From: Kiritimatiellia bacterium
GTDB lineage: Bacteria > Verrucomicrobiota > Kiritimatiellia > RFP12 > UBA1067
Assembly: GCA_050949565.1 (NCBI GenBank)
Contig: JBMNFY010000004.1
Location: 1 to 64,000 of the forward strand
Reading direction: 5' to 3'
DNA: 64,000 nucleotides
Under the pieces are notes generated by a model, which saw only the letters and a program-made list of their open reading frames with translations, made no database searches and was not told the origin of the DNA. Shown piece by piece: positions 48,001-57,012 of this stretch. Position numbers and translations under genes: made by a program. The first letter of the stretch is position 1; every line of letters starts with the position of its first letter.

Positions 48001-48528
48001 GTGAGCGGTTCAGCAAAGATTGTGGCCGGCGACGAGGCAGGCGCGGCACTCTTCCCGCTTTACAAGGGTTTGTACGCGCGGCGCGGCGAGGTCTCGGGCG
48101 TGGTTGCCAGTACGCCGGATGGCAGCGTGGTGTTCGGGCAAGGCGGCTGGGTGAATCCCGGCGGCGGCGGATCACGCCAAGGCTCGCGGGTGTCCTTCGA
48201 TGCCGCGCTTGACGGCGTGGGCGCGCGTTACGCGCAGCCTGCCGACTGGCGTATGCTGGATGGCGCGTGGCTGACTGCGGACGGACGGCCGTTCGCGACG
48301 CTGTCGGCGGCCGGGGGCAAGCTGCTCGCGCAGACTGCCGGGGTCACCTTCTCACTGACGAAGCAGAGCGGGATATTCGCCGGGCGTTTCACAGACGAAA
48401 CCAACACAGCGCGGACATTCAAAGGGGTGTATATGCCTGCCCTGCTGTACGGCGCCGGTTTTTATCTCTGCCCCGACAGCGGGGATGGAGCAACCCCCTG
48501 CTCGCTGCCGGTTGAACTGGAGCAGTGA
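45055..48528 (+). CDS. Large modular surface/secreted protein: 2 thioredoxin-like, 2 Calx-beta-like, putative Ig, C-terminal beta domain; 5' end probably truncated
   Basis: Repeated VLVAIVDS..LLVWWDR..AFLF units, VTVKRWGG/VTVRRSGG..W..GE.G.K units, GLPRGLKIDASTGIIAGTP. Confidence 0.8.
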   Translation: MVEALVMAGWCWAVLGAAGKHVLVAIVDSANCYASRHVLLAIVDSANCYASRAFKRNVIDNEGWADWREGNAESLLLVWWDRAEIPERTWSETAFLFSSGGESASLSTPLVAVFSPDGMLAVPVIDNAEGVLLDFDAFTEAVDERLEAWADVPSGALVWPPVTQASGQRARWSLDYYGSREKGFAKQWPVLVAIVDSGVASATTEAWVRGVLMSEEWQDWLDSTNILLVWWDRAKISRAQWDKVAFLFASGEGGIVLPQMVLFDTNGLKVDQFLAVNNGDNNLSSAGDFIDRLDEAMEWDGLQIGPGWVGFTDPAQTVSATTNAVTVTVKRWGGASEGAQTFRVFTVSGSETNAAVAGIHYKSVNASVSWAAGESGEKTVIVPLLDGADVIVTQRVFHVRLEKGAGTTAKLGTTNHTVTVDYAPGVIGFTTNALTVYAGSDYAEVTVRRSGGVLGKQTVTLKTHAGTAAAYFKTVTTNLVWASGELGDKQVRIPLQGDALDFGAPLTGQVFYAVLSPAATNMTARLSITNQVITLQGSASSAGDWKYDSSNGVWRVASNTSQASALTWGAREGGWLTFAWHKITSGGTLAAALPGVVTNTAVTDVTNRVALAQGTNVVWMLTNCTATVKLLRWESAQVQLRAPADGFSATNKIVTLSWEVPSDSVVTSYLYYAQSPDPMPMQQHVGVAVTNQVSYTNATPGAVEFKWHVEMDIHGDLQTTARVVGPTWSINFLKRKEVSVATPPPVAASASPNIVLYQYVPARIPMAERLKAVHGAARRYTAKGLPRGLKIDASTGIIAGTPKRAGTFRATVKTTAAGAASAVELEIEVLPCPAFALGEFQGVVLDEASRVRGALVLKVSKSGALSGKLESGGRRQSLRGAWVEGDEQAWTVRLSAGRAEAMALALTSEGAEGVTVEGWRVLARQVASPQAAQQVAGAYTAVLHAEAADASCAPAGYGFMTYTVASRTGSVKYGGVLADGTRVSGSAKIVAGDEAGAALFPLYKGLYARRGEVSGVVASTPDGSVVFGQGGWVNPGGGGSRQGSRVSFDAALDGVGARYAQPADWRMLDGAWLTADGRPFATLSAAGGKLLAQTAGVTFSLTKQSGIFAGRFTDETNTARTFKGVYMPALLYGAGFYLCPDSGDGATPCSLPVELEQ

Positions 48529-48696
48529 TGGGTGGTGGCTGGGTGGTGCTGGGCAGTGCTGGGTGCGGCTGGGCGCAGGCCCCCAGAGACACCCAGCGCC
48601 ACCCAGAGGCACGCAGGCAGAGCAGGGCGGGTGGTGCTGGGTGGTGCTGGGCAGACCCCAGAAACACCCAGTTCCACCCAGAAACACCCAGCTCCC
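48526..48696. repeat. 10-bp-period CTGGG/CCCAG repeat hairpins, left flank of the four-helix-bundle gene
   Basis: (CTGGGTGGTG)n followed by (CCCAGAAACA)n, twice. Confidence 0.9.
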
Positions 48697-48715
48697 CAAA
48701 AAAAGAAGGCACGAT

Positions 48716-49288
48716 ATGAGCGAGCGTTTTCTGAAAAGTCCCGGTGATCCTCGGAAGCTGCTGGCCTACAAAAAAGCGGAGATCATCTATCTGCTCACAT
48801 ATCGGTTTTGCGAGCGCTTCCTGAGAAAAGGTGATCGCACGATCGATCAGATGGTGCAGGCGGCGCGGTCGGGCAAACAAAACATTATCGAGGGCGTCGA
48901 GGCTGCGGTGACCTCGAAAGAGACGGAGATCAAGCTCATCAACGTTGCACGGGCCAGCCTAGGGGAACTGCTGGAGGATTACCGCGACTATCTGGCAACC
49001 CGAAGTCTGGCGGTTTGGGAGAAGGAATCCGAGAAGGCGGTTTTTGTCCGCAAGAAGAGCCGTAACCCGGAGGCCGACTACGAGACCTTCAGGGAGTTTG
49101 TGGAAACCCGCTCGGACGAAGTCGTGGCCAACATCGCCGTCTGCCTCATTTACCAGTGCCGCTACCTGCTGGAACGGCTTCTGAAGCAGCGCGAAGAGGC
49201 GTTCCGGTCGGAAGGGGGGCTCCGGGAGCGCATGACGCATGTGCGGCTTGAAGCCCGGCGGCAGAAGCGGCCGGGCGGCACCGGGTAG
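48716..49288 (+). CDS. Four helix bundle (IVS/Avd-like) protein with suffix domain
   Basis: LLAYKKAEIIY, DRTIDQMVQAARSGKQNIIEG, VARASLGELLEDYRDYL, EGGLRERM. Confidence 0.9.
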   Translation: MSERFLKSPGDPRKLLAYKKAEIIYLLTYRFCERFLRKGDRTIDQMVQAARSGKQNIIEGVEAAVTSKETEIKLINVARASLGELLEDYRDYLATRSLAVWEKESEKAVFVRKKSRNPEADYETFREFVETRSDEVVANIAVCLIYQCRYLLERLLKQREEAFRSEGGLRERMTHVRLEARRQKRPGGTG

Positions 49289-49388
49289 TGCTGGTGCTGG
49301 GACTGGCTGGGGCTGGGTCATGCTGGGTAGCGCTGGGTATGGCTGGGTGGGTCCCCAGAAACACCCAGCGCCACCCAGAAATACCCAG
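49283..49388. repeat. 10-bp-period CTGGG/CCCAG repeat hairpin, right flank
   Basis: (GCTGGG....)n then CCCAGAAACACCCAGCGCCACCCAGAAATACCCAG. Confidence 0.9.
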
Positions 49389-49433
49389 CAGCGCGCGCGG
49401 TGCGCAAAACTGCAAAACTGCAAAACTTGGCCG

Positions 49434-49462
49434 TTGACAGTCCGCATGCGATCGGCTAACCT
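49434..49462 (+). promoter_or_regulatory. Sigma70-type promoter of rplM-rpsI
   Basis: TTGACA-17 bp-TAACCT. Confidence 0.65.
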
Positions 49463-49507
49463 AATAAACCATTTTTCGCGAAGAAGGAAGAGAGACAGGT
49501 TATAACC

Positions 49508-49939
49508 ATGACGAAGACGTTTGTACCGAAGGATCCGGGCACGGCCCGTAAGTGGCAGTTGGTGGATGCGACCGATAAGCCGCTGGGACGGCTTGCCGTC
49601 AACATCGCGAATGCTCTGCGCGGTAAGGACCGCCCCACGTTTGATCCGAGCGTGGACACGGGCGATTTTGTGATCGTGATCAATGCGGAGAAGGTTCGCT
49701 TGACCGGTCGCAAGCTCGATCAAAAAGAGTATCAGCGCTATTCTGGCTACCGCGGCGGGCTGAAACGTTTCTCCGCGCGGACCATGCTGGAAAAACACCC
49801 AGACCGTGTGATTATGGAGGCGGTGTGGGGCATGCTGCCGAAGAACACGTTGAGCCGTAAGCTGATGACCCGGGTGCGGGTCTACCGCGGCGCGGAGCAT
49901 CCGCACGCGGCGCAGCAGCCTGTGGCGGCAGCGTTCTAA
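49508..49939 (+). CDS. rplM: 50S ribosomal protein L13
   Basis: [39 protein letters not shown]. Confidence 0.98.
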   Translation: MTKTFVPKDPGTARKWQLVDATDKPLGRLAVNIANALRGKDRPTFDPSVDTGDFVIVINAEKVRLTGRKLDQKEYQRYSGYRGGLKRFSARTMLEKHPDRVIMEAVWGMLPKNTLSRKLMTRVRVYRGAEHPHAAQQPVAAAF

Positions 49940-49974
49940 ACATTCCAATCATTCCAACGAGAAGGTTGACGAAG

Positions 49975-50367
49975 ATGTCGAAAGAAATTGCAGCGGGCAC
50001 CGGGCGCCGGAAAACAGCGGTCGCGCGTGTGCGCCTCTATCCGGGGACGGGCAAGTGGTCCGTGAATGACGTGGCGATCGAGGAGTACATTCCGAGTGAT
50101 GCGTTGCGCCAGTATTTGAGCCAGCCGCTGGCTCTGACGGGGATGGAAGGCAAATATGACGTGTCTATCACCGCGAAGGGTGGCGGGATCAGCGGCCAGT
50201 CCGGCGCGATCCGGCACGGTCTCTCCCGCGCGCTGGTGGCATCCGACGCGAGCTTGCGCGAGGTGCTCAAGAAGGCGGGATGCCTGACGCGTGATTCCCG
50301 CATGAAGGAGCGCAAAAAGCCGGGCCAGCCCGGCGCCCGCAAGCGCTTCCAGTTCTCGAAGCGTTAA
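49975..50367 (+). CDS. rpsI: 30S ribosomal protein S9
   Basis: [43 protein letters not shown]. Confidence 0.98.
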   Translation: MSKEIAAGTGRRKTAVARVRLYPGTGKWSVNDVAIEEYIPSDALRQYLSQPLALTGMEGKYDVSITAKGGGISGQSGAIRHGLSRALVASDASLREVLKKAGCLTRDSRMKERKKPGQPGARKRFQFSKR

Positions 50368-50395
50368 TCGTTTGATTTTTCACATCACTCTATCG

Positions 50396-50442
50396 AATGT
50401 GCGGGCGCCTGCCTCTCGCGGGCGTCCGCATTTTGCATTTTT
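50396..50442 (+). terminator. Probable intrinsic terminator after rpsI
   Basis: TGCGGGCGCCTGC-CTCTC-GCGGGCGTCCGCA stem followed by T runs. Confidence 0.6.
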
Positions 50443-50456
50443 AGGTTACCACGTTT

Positions 50457-52652
50457 ATGTCATTAGGTTTATTTAAGAAACTCGCGGGGAAACTTCTGGG
50501 CGGATCCGACGCTCCCGCAAAATCAGCGCCGGCAAAAGGTAAGGACAAAAAAGCCAACGCTACGTCGGGACGCGCGAGCGACACGCAGCGGAAAAAAGGC
50601 CGCCGGAATGGCACCAACGCCAAAGATAGCGGCAGTACCAAAAAAAGCGGTGCCAAAAGCGGTGCCAAAAGCGACGGTGCTAAGGCCGGAAACGGTCGTG
50701 CCAACCGGTCGTCTCGTGGATCGCGTGGCGATGCCCCGCAGCGTACCCGGCGCGAAGAACCTCGCGATGAACGCAGCGAACGCAAGCAGCCCGCATCGGT
50801 TGCGCCGACCGCAGCGGCCCGCGCGGTCGCACGGCCGAGCGCCAAAAGGCGGCGTGGCCGTGATGCTGAGCGTGAAGAACGCGTGAACACCGATCCCAAG
50901 GCGCACCGCCCCGGCGGGGCGTTGGCCGATACCGAGGTCGCTCGGCGTTTGGAAGAGCACGCCGCTTGGTCGCTCGACCAGTATGCGGTAGAGCCGGCTG
51001 AGGGTAAGAAGCGCTTTCACGATTTTGATCTGCCGTCGGAGCTGATGCACGCGGTGTGCGATCTGGGTTTCCAATACTGTACGCCCATTCAGGCGCTCAG
51101 CCTCGAGCATGCGCTGGCCGGTAAGAATGTCGCCGGCAAGGCGCAGACCGGCACCGGCAAGACCGCGGCTTTTCTGGTTGCGATTCTTACGCGCTATCTG
51201 CGCACGCCCGAGGCGCGCCACGAAAGAGGCGGCACGCCCCGCGCGCTGGTGATCGCGCCGACACGTGAGTTGGTGATTCAGATTTGCAAGGACGCTGCCA
51301 ATATCGGTAAATACTGCGACCTGCGCTCGCTGGCCATCTACGGCGGCATGGACTACGAACGCCAGAAGCGCGAGGTGACCGCCGCGCCTGTCGATCTGCT
51401 GGTTGCCACGCCCGGACGCCTGCTCGATTTTGTGCGCTCGCGCGTCGTGGACCTGTCGAAGGTCGATACCCTGGTTATTGACGAGGCAGACCGCATGTTG
51501 GACATGGGGTTCATTCCAGATGTGCGGTCGATCATAAACCGCCTGCCGTCCAAAGACAAGCGCTGCACCATGCTGTACAGCGCGACGCTGGACGATGCGG
51601 TGATGCGCTTGGCGTCGCAGTGGATGGAAGCCCCCGTCAAGATTGAGGTGGAGTCGGAGCAAGTTACCACGAAAACGGTCAAGCAGATCGTCTACGTCGT
51701 TACGGCGAACGAAAAGTTCACAGTGCTCTACAATCTGATCCAGCAGTATCCGGAATCGCGTATGCTGGTCTTCTGCAACCGCCGCAGCACCACCGAGGAT
51801 GTCGCCAAGGGGTTGTCGCGTCGCGGGGTTCGTTGCGAGATGCTGAGCGGCGACGTGAACCAGAACCGTCGCCTGCACGTGCTGGAGGACTTCCGCGAAG
51901 GCAAGGTTCGTACAGTGGTGGCGACAGACGTAGCAGGGCGCGGCTTACACGTCGATGATATTGGGTTTGTCGTGAATTTCGACTTCCCCTACGAGCCGGA
52001 GGATTACGTACACCGCATCGGGCGCACGGGGCGTGCGGGTCACACCGGCACTGCGATTTCGTTTGCAGACGAAGATGAATCTTTTATTATTCCGGACATT
52101 GAGGAGTTCATTGGCGAAGAGCTGAAGTGTACGGTGCTGCACAGTGACGATCCGCTGTTGGCTAAGTTGCCGCCCTGTCCGCCGCGCCCCCGCGAAGGCG
52201 GCAAGTCGCGCACGGCGCAGCCGCGCAAGGAGCGGTCTCGTGGCGGTCGGCGGCAGGAGACCGCTTCTGCGTCGCGTGACGCGGAGAAGCGTGCGCCGCA
52301 GAAAAAAGATGCGGCGCATGCCGCCGACCAGTCGCCGCCGCGTGGGGCTGCCGCTGCGCCGGGTGAAACGGAGAAGCGCGCGCCGCAGAAAAAGAAGGAA
52401 GCGGAACGTGCTGCGCCGAAAAAGGCGGAGCAGCCGGAGCCCAAGCCGACGAAGCCTGAGCCCACTGCCGCGCCGCGTCGGAAGGCGCCTGCCAAACCGG
52501 CTGCGCAGTCCCGTGAGGCGAAACCGGCTGCTACGCCGACGTCAGCCCCCGCGCCGCGACGTACGTCTGCGGTGGTGCCGGCTCAGCCGACTGCGCTCGC
52601 GGTGCGTCGCGCGTCGCGTTTTTCTGAGGAATGGGTGCCGGGTGAGAAGTAA
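50457..52652 (+). CDS. DEAD-box RNA helicase (RhlB-like) with long basic disordered termini
   Basis: CTPIQ, AQTGTGKT, PTREL, DEAD, SAT, GRGL, HRIGRTGRAG. Confidence 0.95.
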   Translation: MSLGLFKKLAGKLLGGSDAPAKSAPAKGKDKKANATSGRASDTQRKKGRRNGTNAKDSGSTKKSGAKSGAKSDGAKAGNGRANRSSRGSRGDAPQRTRREEPRDERSERKQPASVAPTAAARAVARPSAKRRRGRDAEREERVNTDPKAHRPGGALADTEVARRLEEHAAWSLDQYAVEPAEGKKRFHDFDLPSELMHAVCDLGFQYCTPIQALSLEHALAGKNVAGKAQTGTGKTAAFLVAILTRYLRTPEARHERGGTPRALVIAPTRELVIQICKDAANIGKYCDLRSLAIYGGMDYERQKREVTAAPVDLLVATPGRLLDFVRSRVVDLSKVDTLVIDEADRMLDMGFIPDVRSIINRLPSKDKRCTMLYSATLDDAVMRLASQWMEAPVKIEVESEQVTTKTVKQIVYVVTANEKFTVLYNLIQQYPESRMLVFCNRRSTTEDVAKGLSRRGVRCEMLSGDVNQNRRLHVLEDFREGKVRTVVATDVAGRGLHVDDIGFVVNFDFPYEPEDYVHRIGRTGRAGHTGTAISFADEDESFIIPDIEEFIGEELKCTVLHSDDPLLAKLPPCPPRPREGGKSRTAQPRKERSRGGRRQETASASRDAEKRAPQKKDAAHAADQSPPRGAAAAPGETEKRAPQKKKEAERAAPKKAEQPEPKPTKPEPTAAPRRKAPAKPAAQSREAKPAATPTSAPAPRRTSAVVPAQPTALAVRRASRFSEEWVPGEK

Positions 52653-52721
52653 TCAAGTTACAGGCAGGTGACAGGGATGTGCGAAGATCGCGCGTTTCTG
52701 GTGAAAAGGAGGAGGTAAGGT

Positions 52722-53327
52722 ATGTTGCGTAGGACTGGATGGCTGGGAGTGGCGTTGTGCGTGGTGGTCGGTGCGGTGCGTGCCGAAATGGTCAGCGTGG
52801 TGCAGATCACCGACATGCGCGGGCAGGTGGCATTCGAGATAATGAACCGCGAGGAGTACGCCGCGATTCAGAAAGAGATCAGGGAAGAGATGGCGGTCTA
52901 TCAAGCGGCTGCGGCCGATGCCAAAAAAGAGTGGGATGCCAACAAGGAGAACAAGCTCCCGTTCCAAGGCAACCGCATTAAGCCGCGTTCTGCGCGAAAG
53001 ATGCCCCCTGACTTCAATGATCGTGACAAGGCGGAAAAGCGTAAGTCGGTGCTTGAGGAGCGTGCGGCGCAGCGGCAGCTCAACGAGATGGAGAAGGAAA
53101 GTCAGAAGAAGGGTAAAACGCAGTCTGATTCCGCCATCGCCAAAGAAGAGGCTCGCGTCAAGGCGTATGAAGATGCGTTCACCATGATCAGCAAGCGCAT
53201 GGGCGAAAAGCTCGGCCGTCCGGTTCCCAGTATCGGTTTTGCCTTTGAGGCCGCGCCTAAGAAGGAAGAAGCGCCCAAGAAAGACGACAAGAAGGATGAC
53301 AAGAAGGCCGAGAAAAAGGCCGACTGA
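52722..53327 (+). CDS. Hypothetical exported charged protein
   Basis: Signal peptide ending VRA; Lys/Glu-rich body; strong RBS. Confidence 0.75.
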   Translation: MLRRTGWLGVALCVVVGAVRAEMVSVVQITDMRGQVAFEIMNREEYAAIQKEIREEMAVYQAAAADAKKEWDANKENKLPFQGNRIKPRSARKMPPDFNDRDKAEKRKSVLEERAAQRQLNEMEKESQKKGKTQSDSAIAKEEARVKAYEDAFTMISKRMGEKLGRPVPSIGFAFEAAPKKEEAPKKDDKKDDKKAEKKAD

Positions 53328-53448
53328 GGTTGTTTCTCACACGAAGACACGAAGGGCACAAAGGGGAATGGGTGGAAAAACCTTTGTGTCCTTTGTGCCT
53401 TTGTGAGAGATTAAATTTTACGGGCTCTGCCCGTACGAGGAGAGTCGC

Positions 53449-54798
53449 ATGGCTAAGAAACGAATAACCGAGGACGTGCTTTGTCCGCCGCCGGCGACTT
53501 TGCCGGTCTTGACCACGTGGTCGGTCAAACGGCCGAACGCTGAGGTGGACGCCTTCCTATCGCGTCCGGCCTTCGCGCCGGAGGCCGAAGCCGCCGCTGC
53601 TGAGGTGCTGGCGGATATCCGCAAACGCGGTGACGCGGCGGTGCTTGCGGCGGCCAAACGTTTTGACCGTGCCGTGCTGACGGCCGAGGAAATGCGAGTG
53701 ACCGCCGCTGAACTGTCTGCGGCGACCAAGGCGGTGCCCGCGCGTGTGAAACGTGCCGTCAAGGATGCCCACGCGCGTGTGAAGCTCTTTGCCGAAGCAG
53801 GGCTGCACGAGCCTTGGTATTTGCGCACGCCGCAGGGCGGGTATGCGGGCGAGTTCTATTCACCGATGGACCGCGTGGGCGTGTACGTGCCGGGCGGCAC
53901 CGCGCCGCTCGCCTCCACGGCAGTGATGACCGTGACACTGGCTCAGGTGGCTGGCGTGCGTGAGATTGTCGCCTGTACGCCGTGCGGCCCGGACAAGCAG
54001 GTGAACCCGGTTCTGCTCTATGCGCTCAAACTCGCCGGTGCGACTGAAATCTACAAGGTGGGCGGCATCCAGTCGATCGGCCTGATGGCCTTCGGTACGA
54101 AGAGTGTGCGTCCGGTGCAGAAAATCGCGGGCCCCGGCAACGCCTTTGTGACCGCCGCCAAGCGTCAGGTCTACGGCTACGTGGCCATCGACCAGGTGGC
54201 CGGGCCGAGCGAGATCGCGGTACTTGCGGACGACTCGGCAAATCCGGCGTGGGTGGCGGCTGATCTGCTCTCGCAGGCCGAACACGGCAGCGGACATGAG
54301 AAGGCGTTGCTGGCCACCGACTCGCAGGCGCTCGCGGAGGCGGTGAGCGACGAGATTGTCTGGCAGACGCCGAAGTTGTCGCGTGCCGATAGGGTCGAGC
54401 GCGTGTTGCAGCGGCAGGGCATTCTGCTGGCGATTGTGCCGAACCTTAAGCAGGGTATGGAACTGGTGAACCGCTTCGCCCCGGAACACTTTGAGATCAT
54501 GACGCGCGATGCGCGGATGTGGCTCAACGACGTGCGCGCGGCGGGAGCGGTCTTTATCGGACCTTGGACGCCCGAGTCTGCCGGTGATTTTGTCGCCGGT
54601 CCTAGTCATGTGCTGCCGACTGGCGGCGCGGCGCGCATGTTTAGCGGACTGACGGCCGACGACTTCCGGCGACGCCACAGCTTCGTGGAGTTCACCGAGG
54701 CCGATCTGGCCGAGACCCTCGCATCGATCGAGACCTTTGCCGATGTCGAAGGACTCGATGCGCACGGCCGTTCGGCATCAATTCGCTTTCGCGAATGA
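53449..54798 (+). CDS. hisD: Histidinol dehydrogenase
   Basis: GVYVPGG, GPGNAFV, AGPSE, DLLSQAEH, APEH, AGPSHVLPT, EGLDAH. Confidence 0.97.
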   Translation: MAKKRITEDVLCPPPATLPVLTTWSVKRPNAEVDAFLSRPAFAPEAEAAAAEVLADIRKRGDAAVLAAAKRFDRAVLTAEEMRVTAAELSAATKAVPARVKRAVKDAHARVKLFAEAGLHEPWYLRTPQGGYAGEFYSPMDRVGVYVPGGTAPLASTAVMTVTLAQVAGVREIVACTPCGPDKQVNPVLLYALKLAGATEIYKVGGIQSIGLMAFGTKSVRPVQKIAGPGNAFVTAAKRQVYGYVAIDQVAGPSEIAVLADDSANPAWVAADLLSQAEHGSGHEKALLATDSQALAEAVSDEIVWQTPKLSRADRVERVLQRQGILLAIVPNLKQGMELVNRFAPEHFEIMTRDARMWLNDVRAAGAVFIGPWTPESAGDFVAGPSHVLPTGGAARMFSGLTADDFRRRHSFVEFTEADLAETLASIETFADVEGLDAHGRSASIRFRE

Positions 54799-54845
54799 AG
54801 TAATAGGCGATAGGTAGTAGGTAATAGGTAAGAGGTGTGATCTTT

Positions 54846-55043
54846 TTGTGACCACCCAGTGGTCACAAAGACGAGGGTAAAACCTTACACCCCGTAGCCG
54901 CTCCCCGCCCGTGGCCATTCACAGCATCACGGGCACTTTTCGGGCTACCCCCGCACGATCCCCATTGCATGTCCTGCGTGCGCCCGACGCCCGTTCTCTC
55001 GCCCGTTTTTACACTCGTCATTGCGACCACTGGGTGGTCGCAA
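54846..55043. mobile_element. ~200-bp MITE-like element with ~38-bp imperfect TIRs
   Basis: TTGTGACCACCCAGTGGTCACAAAGACGAGGGTAAAA versus TTTTACACTCGTCATTGCGACCACTGGGTGGTCGCAA. Confidence 0.75.
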
Positions 55044-55054
55044 TAACGCGCAAC

Positions 55055-55426
55055 TTACGGCGCAGGCGCGGGAGCCGGCGCTGCGGGAGCCGCAGGGGTC
55101 GCAGGCGCGCTCGGTGCCGAGAACGGCAGTGCTTGCTGTTCAGCAGCGGCAGGCGCGGGCGTTTTGACGCCCTCCATGACCGAGGTGCCGACGTGGGAGG
55201 TCAGGCGCGAAAGCACCAGCGTGTTCAGCAGGAAGATGATCCCCAGAATGACCGTAGTTTTGGTCAAGACGTTGCCCATCTGGGCACCGAAAAGGGCCTC
55301 TCCCATACCGCCGCCGAAGCTGACGCCCAGTCCACCCTCTTTTGGCTTTTGCAACAGGATCACCCCGCCCAGCAAAAAGCACACAACTATTTCGAGCACA
55401 TACAAAAAACCGATCAGAATCTGCAT
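55055..55426 (-). CDS. secG: Preprotein translocase subunit SecG
   Basis: ILLQKPKEGGLGVSFGGG..LFG..GNVLTKTT, 2 TM segments. Confidence 0.95.
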   Translation of the reverse strand: MQILIGFLYVLEIVVCFLLGGVILLQKPKEGGLGVSFGGGMGEALFGAQMGNVLTKTTVILGIIFLLNTLVLSRLTSHVGTSVMEGVKTPAPAAAEQQALPFSAPSAPATPAAPAAPAPAPAP

Positions 55427-55580
55427 AACCGCACTCCGTTACACGTCCCCACATTAGCATCGGGGCCAAAACGAACGTCACTTATAGCAAATAACGGCGG
55501 CTGTCAGCAATAGCAATTTTTGCGGTATCAACAATCGGGAATTGTCAAGCGGGACGGAAAGCACTACACTGTTCGGCAAA

Positions 55581-55728
55581 TGAGTGTCTTCGGGGCAAGG
55601 TGACCCGGCTGTGAGGCTGGGGATTCCTGACCGGCGGTAGAGCCCGCGACTGGCAAGCTGTTCCTGCTTGCCACTGACACGGTTTGATTCCGTGGCCGAC
55701 AGTTAAAGTCTGGATGATAGAAGGCATC
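55581..55728 (+). promoter_or_regulatory. FMN riboswitch (RFN element)
   Basis: TCTTCGGGGCAAGGTGA..ATTCCTGACCGGCGGTAGAGCCCGCGA..CGGTTTGATTCCGTGGCCGACAGTTAAAGTCTGGATGATAGAAG; upstream of rib genes. Confidence 0.93.
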
Positions 55729-55746
55729 TTGGTGCGTATGGCTTTG

Positions 55747-55780
55747 CCCCGGCTTGTAACATGCCGGGGTTTTTTGTTTT
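55747..55780 (+). terminator. Riboswitch expression-platform terminator
   Basis: CCCCGGC-TTGTAACAT-GCCGGGG followed by TTTTTTGTTTT. Confidence 0.8.
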
Positions 55781-55790
55781 GGAGAAGGGT

Positions 55791-56999
55791 ATGGAGAGCG
55801 AGTCGATGTTTGATACAGTCGAGACATGCGTCGAGGCGTTTCGGCAAGGCCAGATGGTGATCGTGGCCGATGACGAAAACCGCGAGAATGAGGGCGACCT
55901 GATCATTGCGGCGGAGAAGATCACACCGGAAGCCATCAACTTCATGGTTACCAACGCGCGCGGACTGGTTTGCGTGCCGATGACCGGTGCCCGCCTGCGC
56001 GAATTGGGCGTAGAACGCGCGCCGAGCCGCAACCGGGGGGATAAATTTGCGACGGCTTTCACCTATTCGGTTGATGCCGCCACTGGCGTGACGACTGGCA
56101 TCAGCGCTGCCGACCGCGCGTGGACGGTCAAGACGTTGCTTGATCCCGCCGCCGGCCCGGAGTCGATCGTGAGCCCCGGCCATATCTTTCCGCTGGAGGC
56201 GCGCGAGGGCGGGGTGCTGGTGCGTGCCGGCCATACCGAGGCGGCTGTCGATCTCGCCAAACTGGCCGGGCTCAAGCCGGCGGGCGTGATCTGCGAGATC
56301 ATGCTGCCGGATGGCTCGATGGCGCGTCTGCCGGATCTGCGCGAGTTTGCCACGCAACATGGGCTCAAGATGCTGTCGATCGCGGACCTGATCCAGTATC
56401 GCCGCCACCGGGAACGGCTGATTGATCTCGTTGAGGAGGTAGAGTTGCCGACCGCGTACGGCCAGTTTAAGCTGCGTCTTTATACGTCGTCACCGGATGG
56501 CCGGGAGCATCTCGCGCTGGTCAAGGGCGACCTTGCTAAAGTCGACGCCCCCTTGGTGCGCGTGCACAGCGAATGTCTGACCGGCGATGTGCTCGGTTCG
56601 TTGCGCTGCGACTGCGGCAACCAGCTCCACACGGCGATGCAGATGGTGGAGAAGGAGGGGTGCGGTGTGATCCTGTATATGCGTCAGGAAGGGCGCGGCA
56701 TCGGTCTGGTCAATAAACTGCATGCCTATAAGCTGCAAGAGAACGGGCTGGACACCGTGGACGCCAACCTGAAACTGGGCTTTCCGGCGGACCTGCGCGA
56801 TTACGGCGTGGGCGCGCAGATTTTGGCGGATCTCGGGTTGAAGCGCATCCGTCTGATGACGAACAACCCCAAGAAGTTGGCCGGTCTGCAAGGTTATGGC
56901 TTGGAGATTGTCGAGCGTGTGCCGCTGGTGTTTCAGCCCGGCGACCACAATCGGCGCTATCTTGCGACCAAGAAGGCGCGCATGGGGCACATGATTTAG
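55791..56999 (+). CDS. ribBA: Bifunctional DHBP synthase / GTP cyclohydrolase II
   Basis: [46 protein letters not shown]; start is 55791 or 55806. Confidence 0.96.
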   Translation: MESESMFDTVETCVEAFRQGQMVIVADDENRENEGDLIIAAEKITPEAINFMVTNARGLVCVPMTGARLRELGVERAPSRNRGDKFATAFTYSVDAATGVTTGISAADRAWTVKTLLDPAAGPESIVSPGHIFPLEAREGGVLVRAGHTEAAVDLAKLAGLKPAGVICEIMLPDGSMARLPDLREFATQHGLKMLSIADLIQYRRHRERLIDLVEEVELPTAYGQFKLRLYTSSPDGREHLALVKGDLAKVDAPLVRVHSECLTGDVLGSLRCDCGNQLHTAMQMVEKEGCGVILYMRQEGRGIGLVNKLHAYKLQENGLDTVDANLKLGFPADLRDYGVGAQILADLGLKRIRLMTNNPKKLAGLQGYGLEIVERVPLVFQPGDHNRRYLATKKARMGHMI

Positions 57000-57012
57000 G
57001 AAAGGAAACATC

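Noticed and set aside
48716-49288. Diversity-generating retroelement (Avd-like gene)
   Set aside because: No reverse transcriptase and no TR/VR pair differing only at adenines was seen in the window
50457-52652. Novel domain in the helicase termini
   Set aside because: Low-complexity Lys/Arg/Ala/Pro tails are common in bacterial DEAD-box helicases
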